64,000 bases of DNA from a virus. The position numbers were made by a program, and so were the translations under genes. The notes under the pieces are model-generated. The model made no database searches. It saw only the letters and a list, made by a program, of their open reading frames with translations, and had not been told where the DNA came from. The stretch lies in the IMG/VR virus record IMGVR_UViG_3300021961_008157, one strand, 5' to 3'. Below, one piece after another: positions 1-9,206 of the stretch (positions are counted from its first letter, which is position 1; every line of letters begins with the position of its first letter).

Positions 1-269
1 GAAAAATCCAAACTGACCAACATGTTCTTGGCATTGGTTTTGTTGACTAGATTATCCTTGCGAATGTTACTGAGTGCGTTGCCGTATAAGGCATAGCTGA
101 GTGCGTTGATGATTGTAGTCTTGCCTGTGCCGTTACGCGACCCATCGCCACCAAGATCTAAATTTTCACCAAGAACCAGTGTAAGGTCCTTGCGGTCAAA
201 GTTAACGGCTTGGGTACTATTGCCCACGCTCATGAAATTTTTAACTGTGAGATTTTGAATTTGAATCAT
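1..269 (-). CDS. Recombination endonuclease ATPase subunit, T4 gp46/SbcC/Rad50-like (N-terminal part; runs off the window edge)
   Basis: Hand translation from ATG 269 gives MIQIQNLTVKNFMSVGNSTQAVNFDRKDLTLVLGENLDLGGDGSRNGTGKTTIINALSYALYG. It has the KNF-S motif and Walker A NGTGKT, and overlaps the gp47-like stop as ATGA. Not in the ORF track. Confidence 0.92.
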   Translation of the reverse strand, partial: MIQIQNLTVKNFMSVGNSTQAVNFDRKDLTLVLGENLDLGGDGSRNGTGKTTIINALSYALYGNALSNIRKDNLVNKTNAKNMLVSLDF

Positions 270-1279
270 AAGTTTTGATAAATCTTCAACAACAGTTTTG
301 GATCGTAAAATTCACTTTCAATGTTGGTGATTTGATCCGTAACAATTTGATCCACACTTTCAAATGCCACGTCTCCCGGAGCCATGTCAACATCTACAGC
401 AGAATTTTTTACATTAATCAATGCCATTTCCCGCAGATTGTAATCTTTGATAAATGTTTCTTTGATAAAGTTGGCTTCTTCATAACTGATATCAATGTCC
501 AATTCCACACGGACATGCATGTTAGAGTTTAATAGTGTAGGTGCGTTGTCAATTACATTACTCAATCGCATTACACGATACAATGGTTGCCCAGGCCAAG
601 CATGATACTTTGGTGTGCCACCCCATTCAAGTGTCATCATACCACGATCGCTGTCGCCGGCGTCGGCAAAGTTGTGGGGAAAGCAGTTGCCAATGTAGTG
701 TATGTTTTTTCTCTGCTGACGCAAGTGGAAGTGGCCTGAAAATACGCTTTCAATGCCACCAAAGTTTTCAACTTTGATTTCGCCATGATCTGGCATTTCA
801 ACCATAGCATTCATTTTAAAATGCGGCAGTTCAAAGTGCCCAAACATATATTTAGCACTTAAATTGGGGATACGTTTATGATCGTCTCCAACAAGCCACG
901 GCGCAATGATTACATCGCCTTCTTGATGCCAGTCGTTACAGATCACAATATTAGGTAGATGTCGCGCCCACTCAGCACCGTGAATGTCACGACGGTCACG
1001 ATAGTATAAGTCGTGATTGCCTGGAATAAAGTAAAATCGTTCAAACGCCGCAGAAAGTTTTTCCAAACTACGCAGGCTAAAGTTCAGTGTTTGTAAGTTG
1101 ATGGCCGCACGATGATGATGCCAATCACCAAGGAACATGCCGGTTTCGCAACCTTGCTCCTTTGCTGTTTTGATAAACCAATCAATAAACTGCTCGCAGT
1201 CTTGATTGTGAATTAAGCTATTGGATTTTAAGCCAAAATGAATGTCTGTACAAACTGCTACTTTTTGGAATAGATTCAT
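266..1279 (-). CDS. Recombination endonuclease nuclease subunit, T4 gp47/SbcD/Mre11-like metallophosphoesterase
   Basis: Motifs DIHFG, LGDWHH, PGNHD, GHFE and SGHFH. Likely start is ATG 1279 (MNLFQK), just downstream of a sigma70-like promoter, not the track's 1330. Confidence 0.92.
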   Translation of the reverse strand: MNLFQKVAVCTDIHFGLKSNSLIHNQDCEQFIDWFIKTAKEQGCETGMFLGDWHHHRAAINLQTLNFSLRSLEKLSAAFERFYFIPGNHDLYYRDRRDIHGAEWARHLPNIVICNDWHQEGDVIIAPWLVGDDHKRIPNLSAKYMFGHFELPHFKMNAMVEMPDHGEIKVENFGGIESVFSGHFHLRQQRKNIHYIGNCFPHNFADAGDSDRGMMTLEWGGTPKYHAWPGQPLYRVMRLSNVIDNAPTLLNSNMHVRVELDIDISYEEANFIKETFIKDYNLREMALINVKNSAVDVDMAPGDVAFESVDQIVTDQITNIESEFYDPKLLLKIYQNL

Positions 1280-1286
1280 GATATAT

Positions 1287-1315
1287 ATTGTAGCACACGC
1301 ATCAACTGTGTGCAA
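1287..1315 (-). promoter_or_regulatory. Sigma70-like promoter TTGCAC-N17-TACAAT, 7 nt before ATG 1279
   Basis: Minus strand reads ttgcac acagttgatgcgtgtgc tacaat atatatc ATG, with an extended -10 TG. Confidence 0.6.
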
Positions 1316-1336
1316 TTGATTTTGAGCCAATATGCC

Positions 1337-2329
1337 TTATTCAACAATATCGGACTCGGCCGCTTCGTATGGTTCTTCGGCGGTGTAGCGTGTGATGGTA
1401 ACTGGCCCACTGAGCGATGCCATAGTAGGCCGCCCGGCGTTTTGCCGTGTCCACGAAGGTGTAAGTCCGTTTATTTCCAGCAAGTCATCACGAATGTTTT
1501 GGCTTTTCTTTTCTAAATTTAAAATTCTAGTAAACGAATTGGTAATGGCTGCTGTATAGTAAGCAAACGGATTTTGACTTTTAGACTCATCAAACTGTAG
1601 GCCAATTTGGCTCAACTGTAGTAGTGCTTGCCCCCGCATTTCTTCGTTGTAAGTGTAACCACGCCAGTTGGCACGAGTAGCATAACGCTCGCACAGTTTA
1701 ATAAACATGTGTGCCAGTTTGGGTGTCATGTCGCCATGATCCTTGCAAAACTCGCCTGTGGCCAAATCGCCCTTCCAATGGCTACGGCCCACAATGTATC
1801 TTTCTTTGTTTTCGTCAATCCGCCAGTGCTCAAATGGGGGAAAGTTTAGTCGCTGCCGTACTGGATTGATCAAGCCTTGATCCAGTATTTCATCTAGAGA
1901 ATCGTCAATGGTTTCTTCCTCAACAAATTCCAGCAAATCTTCTAATTTTTGCTTTTTCTTTTGTGCTGATTTGGGAATCTTTTTTTCTGCCATTGGAATA
2001 TGGTCCCACGTGGATATTCGAAAAACCAAGTCAGTGTTGGGGATTTTTGTGGGATCTACAATGGTGCCTTGGCGCTTGAGACGGTCAGCACGATTGCGCC
2101 GTGCTTCCGCAATAGTACGCTGGTTGATCTTGCTCAAACTGGGCAAAATAATGTCATATTGGCTGTCAACAGCGGGATCTACATAGTAGCAGTAGGTGTT
2201 CTTACTAGCATGTATTTCTTTTAAAATGTCCCGGTTGTTTAGATAATTTACTTTTGGTACGATTGGATCTGCTGCTATTGATTGTGTAGGATCCAGTGTT
2301 GTTTTGGGTTGTTTTGTTGCCACAGGCAA
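1337..2329 (-). CDS. Late-transcription sigma factor, T4 gp55-like (enlarged)
   Basis: N-terminal NYLNNRDIL and C-terminal NWRGYTYNEEMRGQA...FDESKSQNPFAYYTAAITNSFTRILNLEKK match gp55-family motifs. Syntenic with gp47-gp46. Start may be GTG 2323, 9 nt after AGGAG. Confidence 0.82.
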   Translation of the reverse strand: MPVATKQPKTTLDPTQSIAADPIVPKVNYLNNRDILKEIHASKNTYCYYVDPAVDSQYDIILPSLSKINQRTIAEARRNRADRLKRQGTIVDPTKIPNTDLVFRISTWDHIPMAEKKIPKSAQKKKQKLEDLLEFVEEETIDDSLDEILDQGLINPVRQRLNFPPFEHWRIDENKERYIVGRSHWKGDLATGEFCKDHGDMTPKLAHMFIKLCERYATRANWRGYTYNEEMRGQALLQLSQIGLQFDESKSQNPFAYYTAAITNSFTRILNLEKKSQNIRDDLLEINGLTPSWTRQNAGRPTMASLSGPVTITRYTAEEPYEAAESDIVE

Positions 2330-2343
2330 TTTCTCCTAGAGTG

Positions 2344-2376
2344 TATTTATTATAACATAAGTTTACCACCTGTCAA
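2344..2376 (-). promoter_or_regulatory. Sigma70-like promoter (TTGACA-N16-TATAAT) overlapping a late-type ATAAATA box, upstream of the gp55-like gene
   Basis: Minus strand reads ttgaca ggtggtaaacttatgt tataat aaatacactct aggag. Confidence 0.65.
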
Positions 2377-2384
2377 CCATTATC

Positions 2385-2416
2385 TTAAAGTATGCCGTTT
2401 ATTTTTTCGCTAAATA
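2385..2416 (+). promoter_or_regulatory. Late promoter (cTAAATA) with an upstream imperfect inverted repeat, driving the tail operon
   Basis: TTAAAGTATGCCGTTTAT-tttttcgc-TAAATA, then GAGG and ATG 2435. Same layout as 10593-10624. Confidence 0.6.
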
Positions 2417-2434
2417 TCAAATAACGAGGCAAAC

Positions 2435-4057
2435 ATGGCAGACAATAAAGATCAACTCGAAAACCAAGCCGATGCGTATAATAAAGCAACGGATGGCTCG
2501 GGGCTGAATAACTCTTCGGCGTACATTGCTTCAGGCATAACAGATCCTGCACAGTTTACCACAGACACAGCCGGAACTCCTGTAACAAATCCAGGCGGTT
2601 ATGGAAAGTTAGAAGTTGCCGGTAATTCTTCAACAAAAGAAGGAACTTCTCCAGCCGCTGCCACAGCAGACGACCAAGTGATAGCAAATATCAATAGTCG
2701 TGATCAAGCACGTCTAGAAGCTGCGGGCGTTACTCCGTTGTTACAAATTCCTGCTATTCCTGTACCACTCGTTACAGAAGTAGTAACAGAAGGCTCGGAC
2801 TTTTTAAGTGCTAGTGATATTCGTGACGCCAATGAAACTACCGTATTTGCAGGCGACCCATATGCCGACAATCAAGACGATGAACAATTTTTATCTGCCA
2901 GTGATGTTGTTGGCAATGATGAAACCACTGTATTTGCTGGTGATCCCGCGGCTGATGCAGCAGACAATGCATTTGATGATCCATTTGAACGAGAACGATT
3001 GTACGCAGAACAACGATTTCTAACCGAGCCAGGTGATGTCAGCGAAGAAGATCCATTTGAACGAGAACGATTAGCTGCCGAAGGCCGATTTCTAACCGAG
3101 CCAGGTGATGTCAGCGAAGAAGATCCATTTGAACGAGAACGATTAGCTGCCGAAGGCCGGTTAATAGAACCACCACCAGACATTGAACTTAGTGATGCTG
3201 ATAGAAAAGCAGCGGTTCTTGCCCAAGCACAGGCCCAGCAAACTATTGCAGAGCAACGCGGAAATAAAAACAACGGTGATTGGCGAGTGCGATTACGCCT
3301 AGCACCATTGGCTGATTACTTGTATAAAGCACAATCACCTGGAATTTTATCTCCATTGACTGGCACTGATGGTGTGTTATTTCCGTACACGCCTACAATT
3401 CAAACTGGCTACAAAGCCAATTACTCAACTGCTGACATCACGCATTCAAACTATCGTGGTTATTTTTATCAAGGAAGTGTAGTCGAACCTGTAATAATCA
3501 GTTGTCCGTTTACTGCACAAGATACTGCTGAAGCCAACTACTTGCTGGCAGTTATACACTTTTTTAAATCAGTAACCAAAATGTTTTATGGTCAGGATCC
3601 GCAACGCGGGTCACCACCTCCAGTGGTTTATCTAACTGGATTAGGCGAATTCCAGTTTAATGAGCATCCTTGTGTGGTCACTTCGTTTACCTATGATTTG
3701 CCTGCTGATGTAGATTATATTCGTACTCGTAGCCCCAATGTAAATAACAGCAATATGTTGCAACAGCGTCAGGCTAATAATCCGACGGCTCCAAGTATAT
3801 TAGGTGGTTTTCTTGGTGGAGCAATTGGTAGATTAGCCAGTTCAAAATTATTCAATGGACAATCGTTGCCTAAAGGTGGAATGACAACTATGCCGGCGCC
3901 ACAGTCATTTGAAACAAGCACTCAGCCAACATATGTACCCACAAAAATGACCATATCAATAACATTGTTGCCCATTATTAGTCGTCAGGCTCAAAGTCAA
4001 AAATTCAGCTTGCGTCAGTATGCTAACGGTGACTTGCTTAAAGGAGGTATGTGGTAA
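2435..4057 (+). CDS. Tail/baseplate structural protein (tail-tube-like or tube-initiator C-terminal domain; acidic repetitive N-terminus)
   Basis: First gene of the baseplate operon. C-terminal region FPYTP...HSNY...FFKSVTKMFYG...PPPVVYL.G.G resembles contractile-tail tube/baseplate proteins. Confidence 0.6.
   Translation: MADNKDQLENQADAYNKATDGSGLNNSSAYIASGITDPAQFTTDTAGTPVTNPGGYGKLEVAGNSSTKEGTSPAAATADDQVIANINSRDQARLEAAGVTPLLQIPAIPVPLVTEVVTEGSDFLSASDIRDANETTVFAGDPYADNQDDEQFLSASDVVGNDETTVFAGDPAADAADNAFDDPFERERLYAEQRFLTEPGDVSEEDPFERERLAAEGRFLTEPGDVSEEDPFERERLAAEGRLIEPPPDIELSDADRKAAVLAQAQAQQTIAEQRGNKNNGDWRVRLRLAPLADYLYKAQSPGILSPLTGTDGVLFPYTPTIQTGYKANYSTADITHSNYRGYFYQGSVVEPVIISCPFTAQDTAEANYLLAVIHFFKSVTKMFYGQDPQRGSPPPVVYLTGLGEFQFNEHPCVVTSFTYDLPADVDYIRTRSPNVNNSNMLQQRQANNPTAPSILGGFLGGAIGRLASSKLFNGQSLPKGGMTTMPAPQSFETSTQPTYVPTKMTISITLLPIISRQAQSQKFSLRQYANGDLLKGGMW
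2978..3159 (+). repeat. In-frame 72-bp tandem repeat (24 aa, RFLTEPGDVSEEDPFERERLAAEG)
   Basis: Identical copies at 3014-3085 and 3086-3157, plus a partial diverged copy from 2978 (gatccatttgaacgagaacgatt). Confidence 0.95.
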
Positions 4058-4356
4058 TGGCTACGTATAGCGCAACCAGTCCATATGCAAACACTGGCTA
4101 TAGTCAATTCTTTTTAGATGTTATGGTCAATAGACCCATACCCAAACAGTCCGACGACTTGTTGTTTGCTATTAATCAAACTTACCAATACAGACCCGAC
4201 TTGTTGGCATATGACTTGTATGACAATGGCGGCTTGTGGTGGGTGTTTTATCAACGGAATCCTAATACGCTAACCAAACCACCACTGGACTTTGCGTTGA
4301 ACACACAAATTTATATTCCTAAATTAAGCACACTAAGAACCGTGCTGGGGTTTTAA
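4057..4356 (+). CDS. Baseplate wedge protein, gp53/LysM-like
   Basis: YQYRPDLLAYDLYDNGGLWWVF..RNP...IYIP is the gp53/LysM-type pattern. ATG 4057 overlaps the upstream stop. Confidence 0.75.
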   Translation: MATYSATSPYANTGYSQFFLDVMVNRPIPKQSDDLLFAINQTYQYRPDLLAYDLYDNGGLWWVFYQRNPNTLTKPPLDFALNTQIYIPKLSTLRTVLGF

Positions 4357-4359
4357 TTT

Positions 4360-5526
4360 ATGGTTGATACCACCGCAGCAGAAGCAGTTAGTAATAGTAC
4401 TACCGGTGCAACACAGGCACCACCACCGGCGGCTACCACCACTGATGGTCGGCTAACAACACAACAAGCAGAAACGCTAGCTGGCCAAACTGAAACAGGA
4501 ACCAATCCACCTACTAAACCGTTAACTGAAACGCAAAGTGTATCACCGGGCAATCCCACTGATGCACGATTAGCAAGTGGCACGCAAGTTTTACCAGGTG
4601 GTCCTCCGGGTGCTGGCTCTGTCGACGATAATTTTGGTGCCGATGGTCAAAGCCGTGCAACCACAGTGCGAATTCTTAACGCTGTTAAAAATTCAAAATT
4701 TACTCCCAGACCCAATGTGCTAGATCAGTATGCCACCTACACCTACAGCTTGTCGTGGTATTTGATGCCAACTATTCGATATAATGACTTAGTAAACTCC
4801 GGAAAACTTAGCTATGCATCATACAGTTTACTGGCACAAAGCGGAGGTGCACCGACACAGCCTGATGCTGGCCTTGGACGCAATGAATTTTTTGGACTTG
4901 ATTACTATATTGACAATTTGGAAATTCGTAGTGTAATAACTGGCAAAGGTTCTAACCGAGCACATAATGCGGCCGAACTACAATTTACAATAACAGAAAC
5001 TGCTGGCGTAACACTAATCGAAAACTTATATAAAGCAGTTGCCAGTGTTTATAATCGTCCAGACTTTCCACACGCTTCGGCATTGTACTGTTTGGTTATA
5101 AAATTTTATGGCTATGATGATAATGGAAAAATGGTATCGGCTAAATCCAATGGTGCCATAGTAGAAAAAATTATACCTTTTAAAATAAAAAATATAACTT
5201 TTGCAATTGCTAACAAAGTGGTTGAATACAAAGTGGAAGCAGTAGCAATTAATTATACAGTGGGATTTGGCAGTAACTTAGGAGTAATTAAATCGCGGAT
5301 TGAACTTTCGGGCACCACTATAAAAGATTTATTAGTAAGTGGTATACCAGGCGGAGAAAAGGTATCTCCAGATGATGGTAGACAAACTAGCCCAGCACCA
5401 CCACTAACAGATGAGCAGCGAGCAGCGGTAGATGAAGTTTTGAGTTTGCCGCAAAATCAAAGTGACGTCCTCCAAAACATCAGCAGCCTCGCAGGCGGCG
5501 AAAGTCCTTTTGCAGTCGGACCGTAA
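4360..5526 (+). CDS. Putative baseplate hub protein, N-terminal half
   Basis: Lies between the gp53-like and gp5-like genes. Motifs NVLDQYATYTY, YYIDNLEI and FTITE..G..L. Low-complexity termini. Confidence 0.5.
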   Translation: MVDTTAAEAVSNSTTGATQAPPPAATTTDGRLTTQQAETLAGQTETGTNPPTKPLTETQSVSPGNPTDARLASGTQVLPGGPPGAGSVDDNFGADGQSRATTVRILNAVKNSKFTPRPNVLDQYATYTYSLSWYLMPTIRYNDLVNSGKLSYASYSLLAQSGGAPTQPDAGLGRNEFFGLDYYIDNLEIRSVITGKGSNRAHNAAELQFTITETAGVTLIENLYKAVASVYNRPDFPHASALYCLVIKFYGYDDNGKMVSAKSNGAIVEKIIPFKIKNITFAIANKVVEYKVEAVAINYTVGFGSNLGVIKSRIELSGTTIKDLLVSGIPGGEKVSPDDGRQTSPAPPLTDEQRAAVDEVLSLPQNQSDVLQNISSLAGGESPFAVGP

Positions 5527-5536
5527 GGAATAGAAT

Positions 5537-7123
5537 ATGGCAACAACACCGCTCGACTCACGCCGCCCAGGAGGATCAAACAATACTGGCATTGCAGGTG
5601 CTGTGCGCCGCGCCGATCGCCTGAGTCCAGTAGGCTTTGGCGCAGAAAATTATATACCTCCTGACAGATCTAATACTGCTGACCCTGGAGTAATATCAAC
5701 GTCTGCTCACAATAATATAAAAGGGCTAATGACGCAATTAAATGATCAGGAACAACAATTAGTCGACGATGGCATGTTTACTATACCTAACAAATACAGC
5801 GTTGAATTTGCCCCCACGGCACTAGGAGACTCTAAAGTTACCAAAGGTGGTACAGCCAATAAAGTTAAAGTACCAATGCAGATGGCTACTACAGGTGCTG
5901 GCACTCTTGACCCCAAAACCAATTCTGTAGCCTACAACGTTAGAACATTTAATTTTGCCGCCGGCACGCCAATTGTGGTAATACTCGATGAACTACTAAA
6001 AAATAGTCAATATATTACTGATCAAGCGTCTTACACCGTTAACGAAATAACAGGTGAAGTTACTCCACAAACACCATTAGGTGATTTGTCGTGGTATAAA
6101 ATTTCAGTAGTCACAAAGCCGCTGGAATTTGACCCAAAACGTAACGACTTTGCATACAGCATAATATACGTGATTAGCACGTATGGTATAAGTGGCATGA
6201 TGAGCCAGTATTTTCCAATCGGCGAGTTGCGTGGAGTACACAAAGAATACAATTATTGGTTCACAGGAGAAAATACACAAGTTTTACGATACGAGCAGCA
6301 GTATAATAAAGCATTTCTTATGACATTAAGCAATCCACAAATTGCAACTGATACTAAAGAAAAAACCAGCGCATTTGGGCGAGAAGCGCCAGCAGTACAA
6401 TATCAAGCGGCAGTGGGAGGTAGTAGCACTCAGGGTGCCGAAGGGCTGACCAATAGTGTTGGCGCATCGGCTGCTGATTATTTGTATAACCCCACCGACA
6501 TTGCACGTTCAAACATAACTATTGTTGGCGATCCTGCATGGTTGCAACAAGGTGAAATGGCTACAGGAATTCAATCACTTAATTTCAATTATTCAGCATT
6601 TAATCCCGATGGTGGAATTAATTTTGACGCACAAGATATTGTTTATAAGTTACAATGGAATACTGTTTCTGATTATGATGTTAATGGTACTGGATTGGCT
6701 AATCCTAATACTGCCAAAGGTGGGAGTGCCTCACAAATATTCACATATAAAGCAGCACGAGTTACCAGTAAGTTTAGCAAAGGAAAATTTGAACAAGATC
6801 TCGAAGGAGTGCTAATTCAGTTAACTGGAAATCCTCAGTCTGCACCAAAAGACAGCGGCCGCGGTTTAGATTTCGGAGCTGATCCTGATGTTGGCTATCG
6901 CGTACCAGATAATACACAAACAGATCCTGGTGTGAGGTGGCTGCGGCCCGACCCGGGTAATGAAGGACCAGACTTTTCGGCAATTGATCCAAATATACCA
7001 ATACCGATGTCACCACAGCCGGCACCACCACAAGTGGATATATCTGGAATACCGGGACAAATTGATTACGGAGCCGCATCACCTGAATCGGCAGTCAATC
7101 AACTAATAGCCCGAGACGAATAG
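5537..7123 (+). CDS. Putative baseplate hub protein, C-terminal half (gp27/late control D-like)
   Basis: KEYNYWFTGEN, ITIVGDPAWL and YKAARVTSKFSKGKFEQDL resemble hub C-termini. Has its own RBS (taagga). Confidence 0.55.
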   Translation: MATTPLDSRRPGGSNNTGIAGAVRRADRLSPVGFGAENYIPPDRSNTADPGVISTSAHNNIKGLMTQLNDQEQQLVDDGMFTIPNKYSVEFAPTALGDSKVTKGGTANKVKVPMQMATTGAGTLDPKTNSVAYNVRTFNFAAGTPIVVILDELLKNSQYITDQASYTVNEITGEVTPQTPLGDLSWYKISVVTKPLEFDPKRNDFAYSIIYVISTYGISGMMSQYFPIGELRGVHKEYNYWFTGENTQVLRYEQQYNKAFLMTLSNPQIATDTKEKTSAFGREAPAVQYQAAVGGSSTQGAEGLTNSVGASAADYLYNPTDIARSNITIVGDPAWLQQGEMATGIQSLNFNYSAFNPDGGINFDAQDIVYKLQWNTVSDYDVNGTGLANPNTAKGGSASQIFTYKAARVTSKFSKGKFEQDLEGVLIQLTGNPQSAPKDSGRGLDFGADPDVGYRVPDNTQTDPGVRWLRPDPGNEGPDFSAIDPNIPIPMSPQPAPPQVDISGIPGQIDYGAASPESAVNQLIARDE

Positions 7124-7132
7124 GAATAAAAA

Positions 7133-8662
7133 ATGGCAGGAAATGAAAATATAGAACGCAATCGTGGTGTAGCACCTAACTACAGATATGACCGCGGCGG
7201 CATGAAGGCCGACACTGGTCCATTTATAGGCGTGGTCAAAAACAATGTTGACCCCACTAGACAAGGACGACTACAAGTTTATATTGAACAATTTGCTGGC
7301 GTTGATTCTGAAAATCCTGCACTATGGAATACAGTCAGCTACTGCCCACCATTTTACGGCGCTACACCACAACAGCCCGGCAAAAAAGGCGACACATCTA
7401 GTGTAGGAGGATATGTTGATGGCAATCCACAAAGTTATGGCATGTGGTTTACGCCCCCAGATCTTGGTGTAAGCGTACTGTGTTTCTTTGCTGCCGGCGA
7501 TCCTAACTTTGGTTTCTATATGGGCTGCATACCTGATCAAGGTATGACACACATGATTCCAGCTATTGGTGCCACCACACACTTTGATTTACAAAACAGC
7601 GATCAAAAAAGTTATTACAATGGTGCAAAAGTATTGCCTGTTACCGAAATTAATCCTAACAACGTAAAGATTAATGAAAATCCAAAATTCTTTGATCAAC
7701 CCAAACCAGTACACAGCTTTCTTGCTGCTGAAATGTTTCAGCAAGGAACACTAGCTGATCCACAACGCGGTCCTATTGGCTCAACCAGCCAGCGTGAAAG
7801 TCCCAGTGCTGTGTTTGGAATTAGCACCCCCGGGCGCCCCATCTACAATGGTGGATTAAGCGAAAAAGATATACAAAAGCGCATTGCTGAAAATTCAATT
7901 ACTACTGCTGACATACGAGTTATTGGTCGCCGTGGTGGCCATAGTCTTGTATTTGATGACGGTGATATTGAAGGCAAAGACAATCTTGTTCGACTCCGTA
8001 CTAGTGCTGGCCATCAAATAACTATGAGTGACGATGGCAACTTCTTGTATATTATTCACGCCAATGGTCAAACTTGGCTTGAGTTTGGACAAGAAGGTAC
8101 ACTGGATGTGTATGCCACAAACTCAGTTAATGTGCGAACACAAGGAACAATTAATCTGCATGCCGACAAAGACATCAACATGTTTGCTGGCGGCAAGATT
8201 AATATGAAAAGTCTTGGTGGAACCACAATAGAAACTGAGAAGAAATTGACCTTGTACAGCACTGAGGATACTACTATATACAGCAAAGCTAAAATTGCTG
8301 CTCGTGCTGACGGTAGTCTAGCCCTGGTCAGCAACAATGGATCTTGGAACGCTGGCTCGTCTATGGTATTACAAGCCGGCGGCATTGACTTAAATGGCGG
8401 CTCCGCAGAAAATGTAGAACCGCCCAAACCATTGGAAAAGCGTGTTATGCCCAATACTGAATTCAATCAAGCAACTGGATGGCAAATTGCACCTATTGGA
8501 ACAGAAAGTATTGTAACGCGAGCACCAACACACGAACCCTGGCCATTTCACAATTTAGGTGTTAGCGTAGAAGTAAAAATGGAAGCTGGTCAGCCGTCTA
8601 AGGCGCCAAACAGTCCTTCGTTACCATCGGGGTTCAGTGGAACAGTAGTGGATTACACATAA
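7133..8662 (+). CDS. Baseplate hub/spike protein, gp5/VgrG-like (OB fold plus beta-helix)
   Basis: GVVKNNVDPTRQGRLQVYI and SYGMWFTPPDLGVSVLCFF mark the gp5 OB fold. GHSLVFDD...RLRTSAGHQI and the short beta repeats follow. Confidence 0.8.
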   Translation: MAGNENIERNRGVAPNYRYDRGGMKADTGPFIGVVKNNVDPTRQGRLQVYIEQFAGVDSENPALWNTVSYCPPFYGATPQQPGKKGDTSSVGGYVDGNPQSYGMWFTPPDLGVSVLCFFAAGDPNFGFYMGCIPDQGMTHMIPAIGATTHFDLQNSDQKSYYNGAKVLPVTEINPNNVKINENPKFFDQPKPVHSFLAAEMFQQGTLADPQRGPIGSTSQRESPSAVFGISTPGRPIYNGGLSEKDIQKRIAENSITTADIRVIGRRGGHSLVFDDGDIEGKDNLVRLRTSAGHQITMSDDGNFLYIIHANGQTWLEFGQEGTLDVYATNSVNVRTQGTINLHADKDINMFAGGKINMKSLGGTTIETEKKLTLYSTEDTTIYSKAKIAARADGSLALVSNNGSWNAGSSMVLQAGGIDLNGGSAENVEPPKPLEKRVMPNTEFNQATGWQIAPIGTESIVTRAPTHEPWPFHNLGVSVEVKMEAGQPSKAPNSPSLPSGFSGTVVDYT

Positions 8663-8663
8663 C

Positions 8664-9206
8664 ATGGCCAAGTTTACTTACACACTACCAAATGGACTAT
8701 TTTTTGTCCTTGAAGCACCTGATGGAACTACTCCAGCCCAAGCTGAACGAGTTTATCTTGAGCAGTTGGCTAGCGGTGCATTCATTGGCCTAGCACCCGG
8801 GGACACGCTACAATCACCCGAAACTACTGCTATTGAATTTGCGCAATCTCGTTTGGATCGTGGAACAGCCGGCGTTCCTGATATTCCTCTTCTGGCTATC
8901 TACAACGATGGTATAATTTCTTCGCTGCCAGTATTAGCTGACGTGCCTATTAATAACGGTATTACCGTGTCAGATTATGTTGACACATCTGTGGTAACCG
9001 AGCCAATTGGGCCACTGTCAACTACACAAGTACAAGCAGTTATGGCTGCAATTGCTGCCAGCGTGTGTCAGCGCCCTGATGAAATTACCAATGAATCAGG
9101 TTTAGGCAAGTACGGATTTAATGCTGAACAACTGGAAGCAGCTGGATACTTAAAACCAGGTACCGCTGCCAAATACCTTGGAGGTAAATGCAATGCCGGT
9201 TCCTAA
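8664..9206 (+). CDS. Tail-associated protein; C-terminus resembles the first half of a muramidase-like domain
   Basis: GLGKYGFNAEQLEAAGYLKPG at the C-terminus; directly downstream of the gp5-like gene. Confidence 0.45.
   Translation: MAKFTYTLPNGLFFVLEAPDGTTPAQAERVYLEQLASGAFIGLAPGDTLQSPETTAIEFAQSRLDRGTAGVPDIPLLAIYNDGIISSLPVLADVPINNGITVSDYVDTSVVTEPIGPLSTTQVQAVMAAIAASVCQRPDEITNESGLGKYGFNAEQLEAAGYLKPGTAAKYLGGKCNAGS

Noticed and set aside
2978-3159. Repeat with regular spacing considered as a CRISPR array
   Set aside because: The units are fully duplicated with no unique spacers, the period is a multiple of 3 within an ORF, and no cas genes are present.
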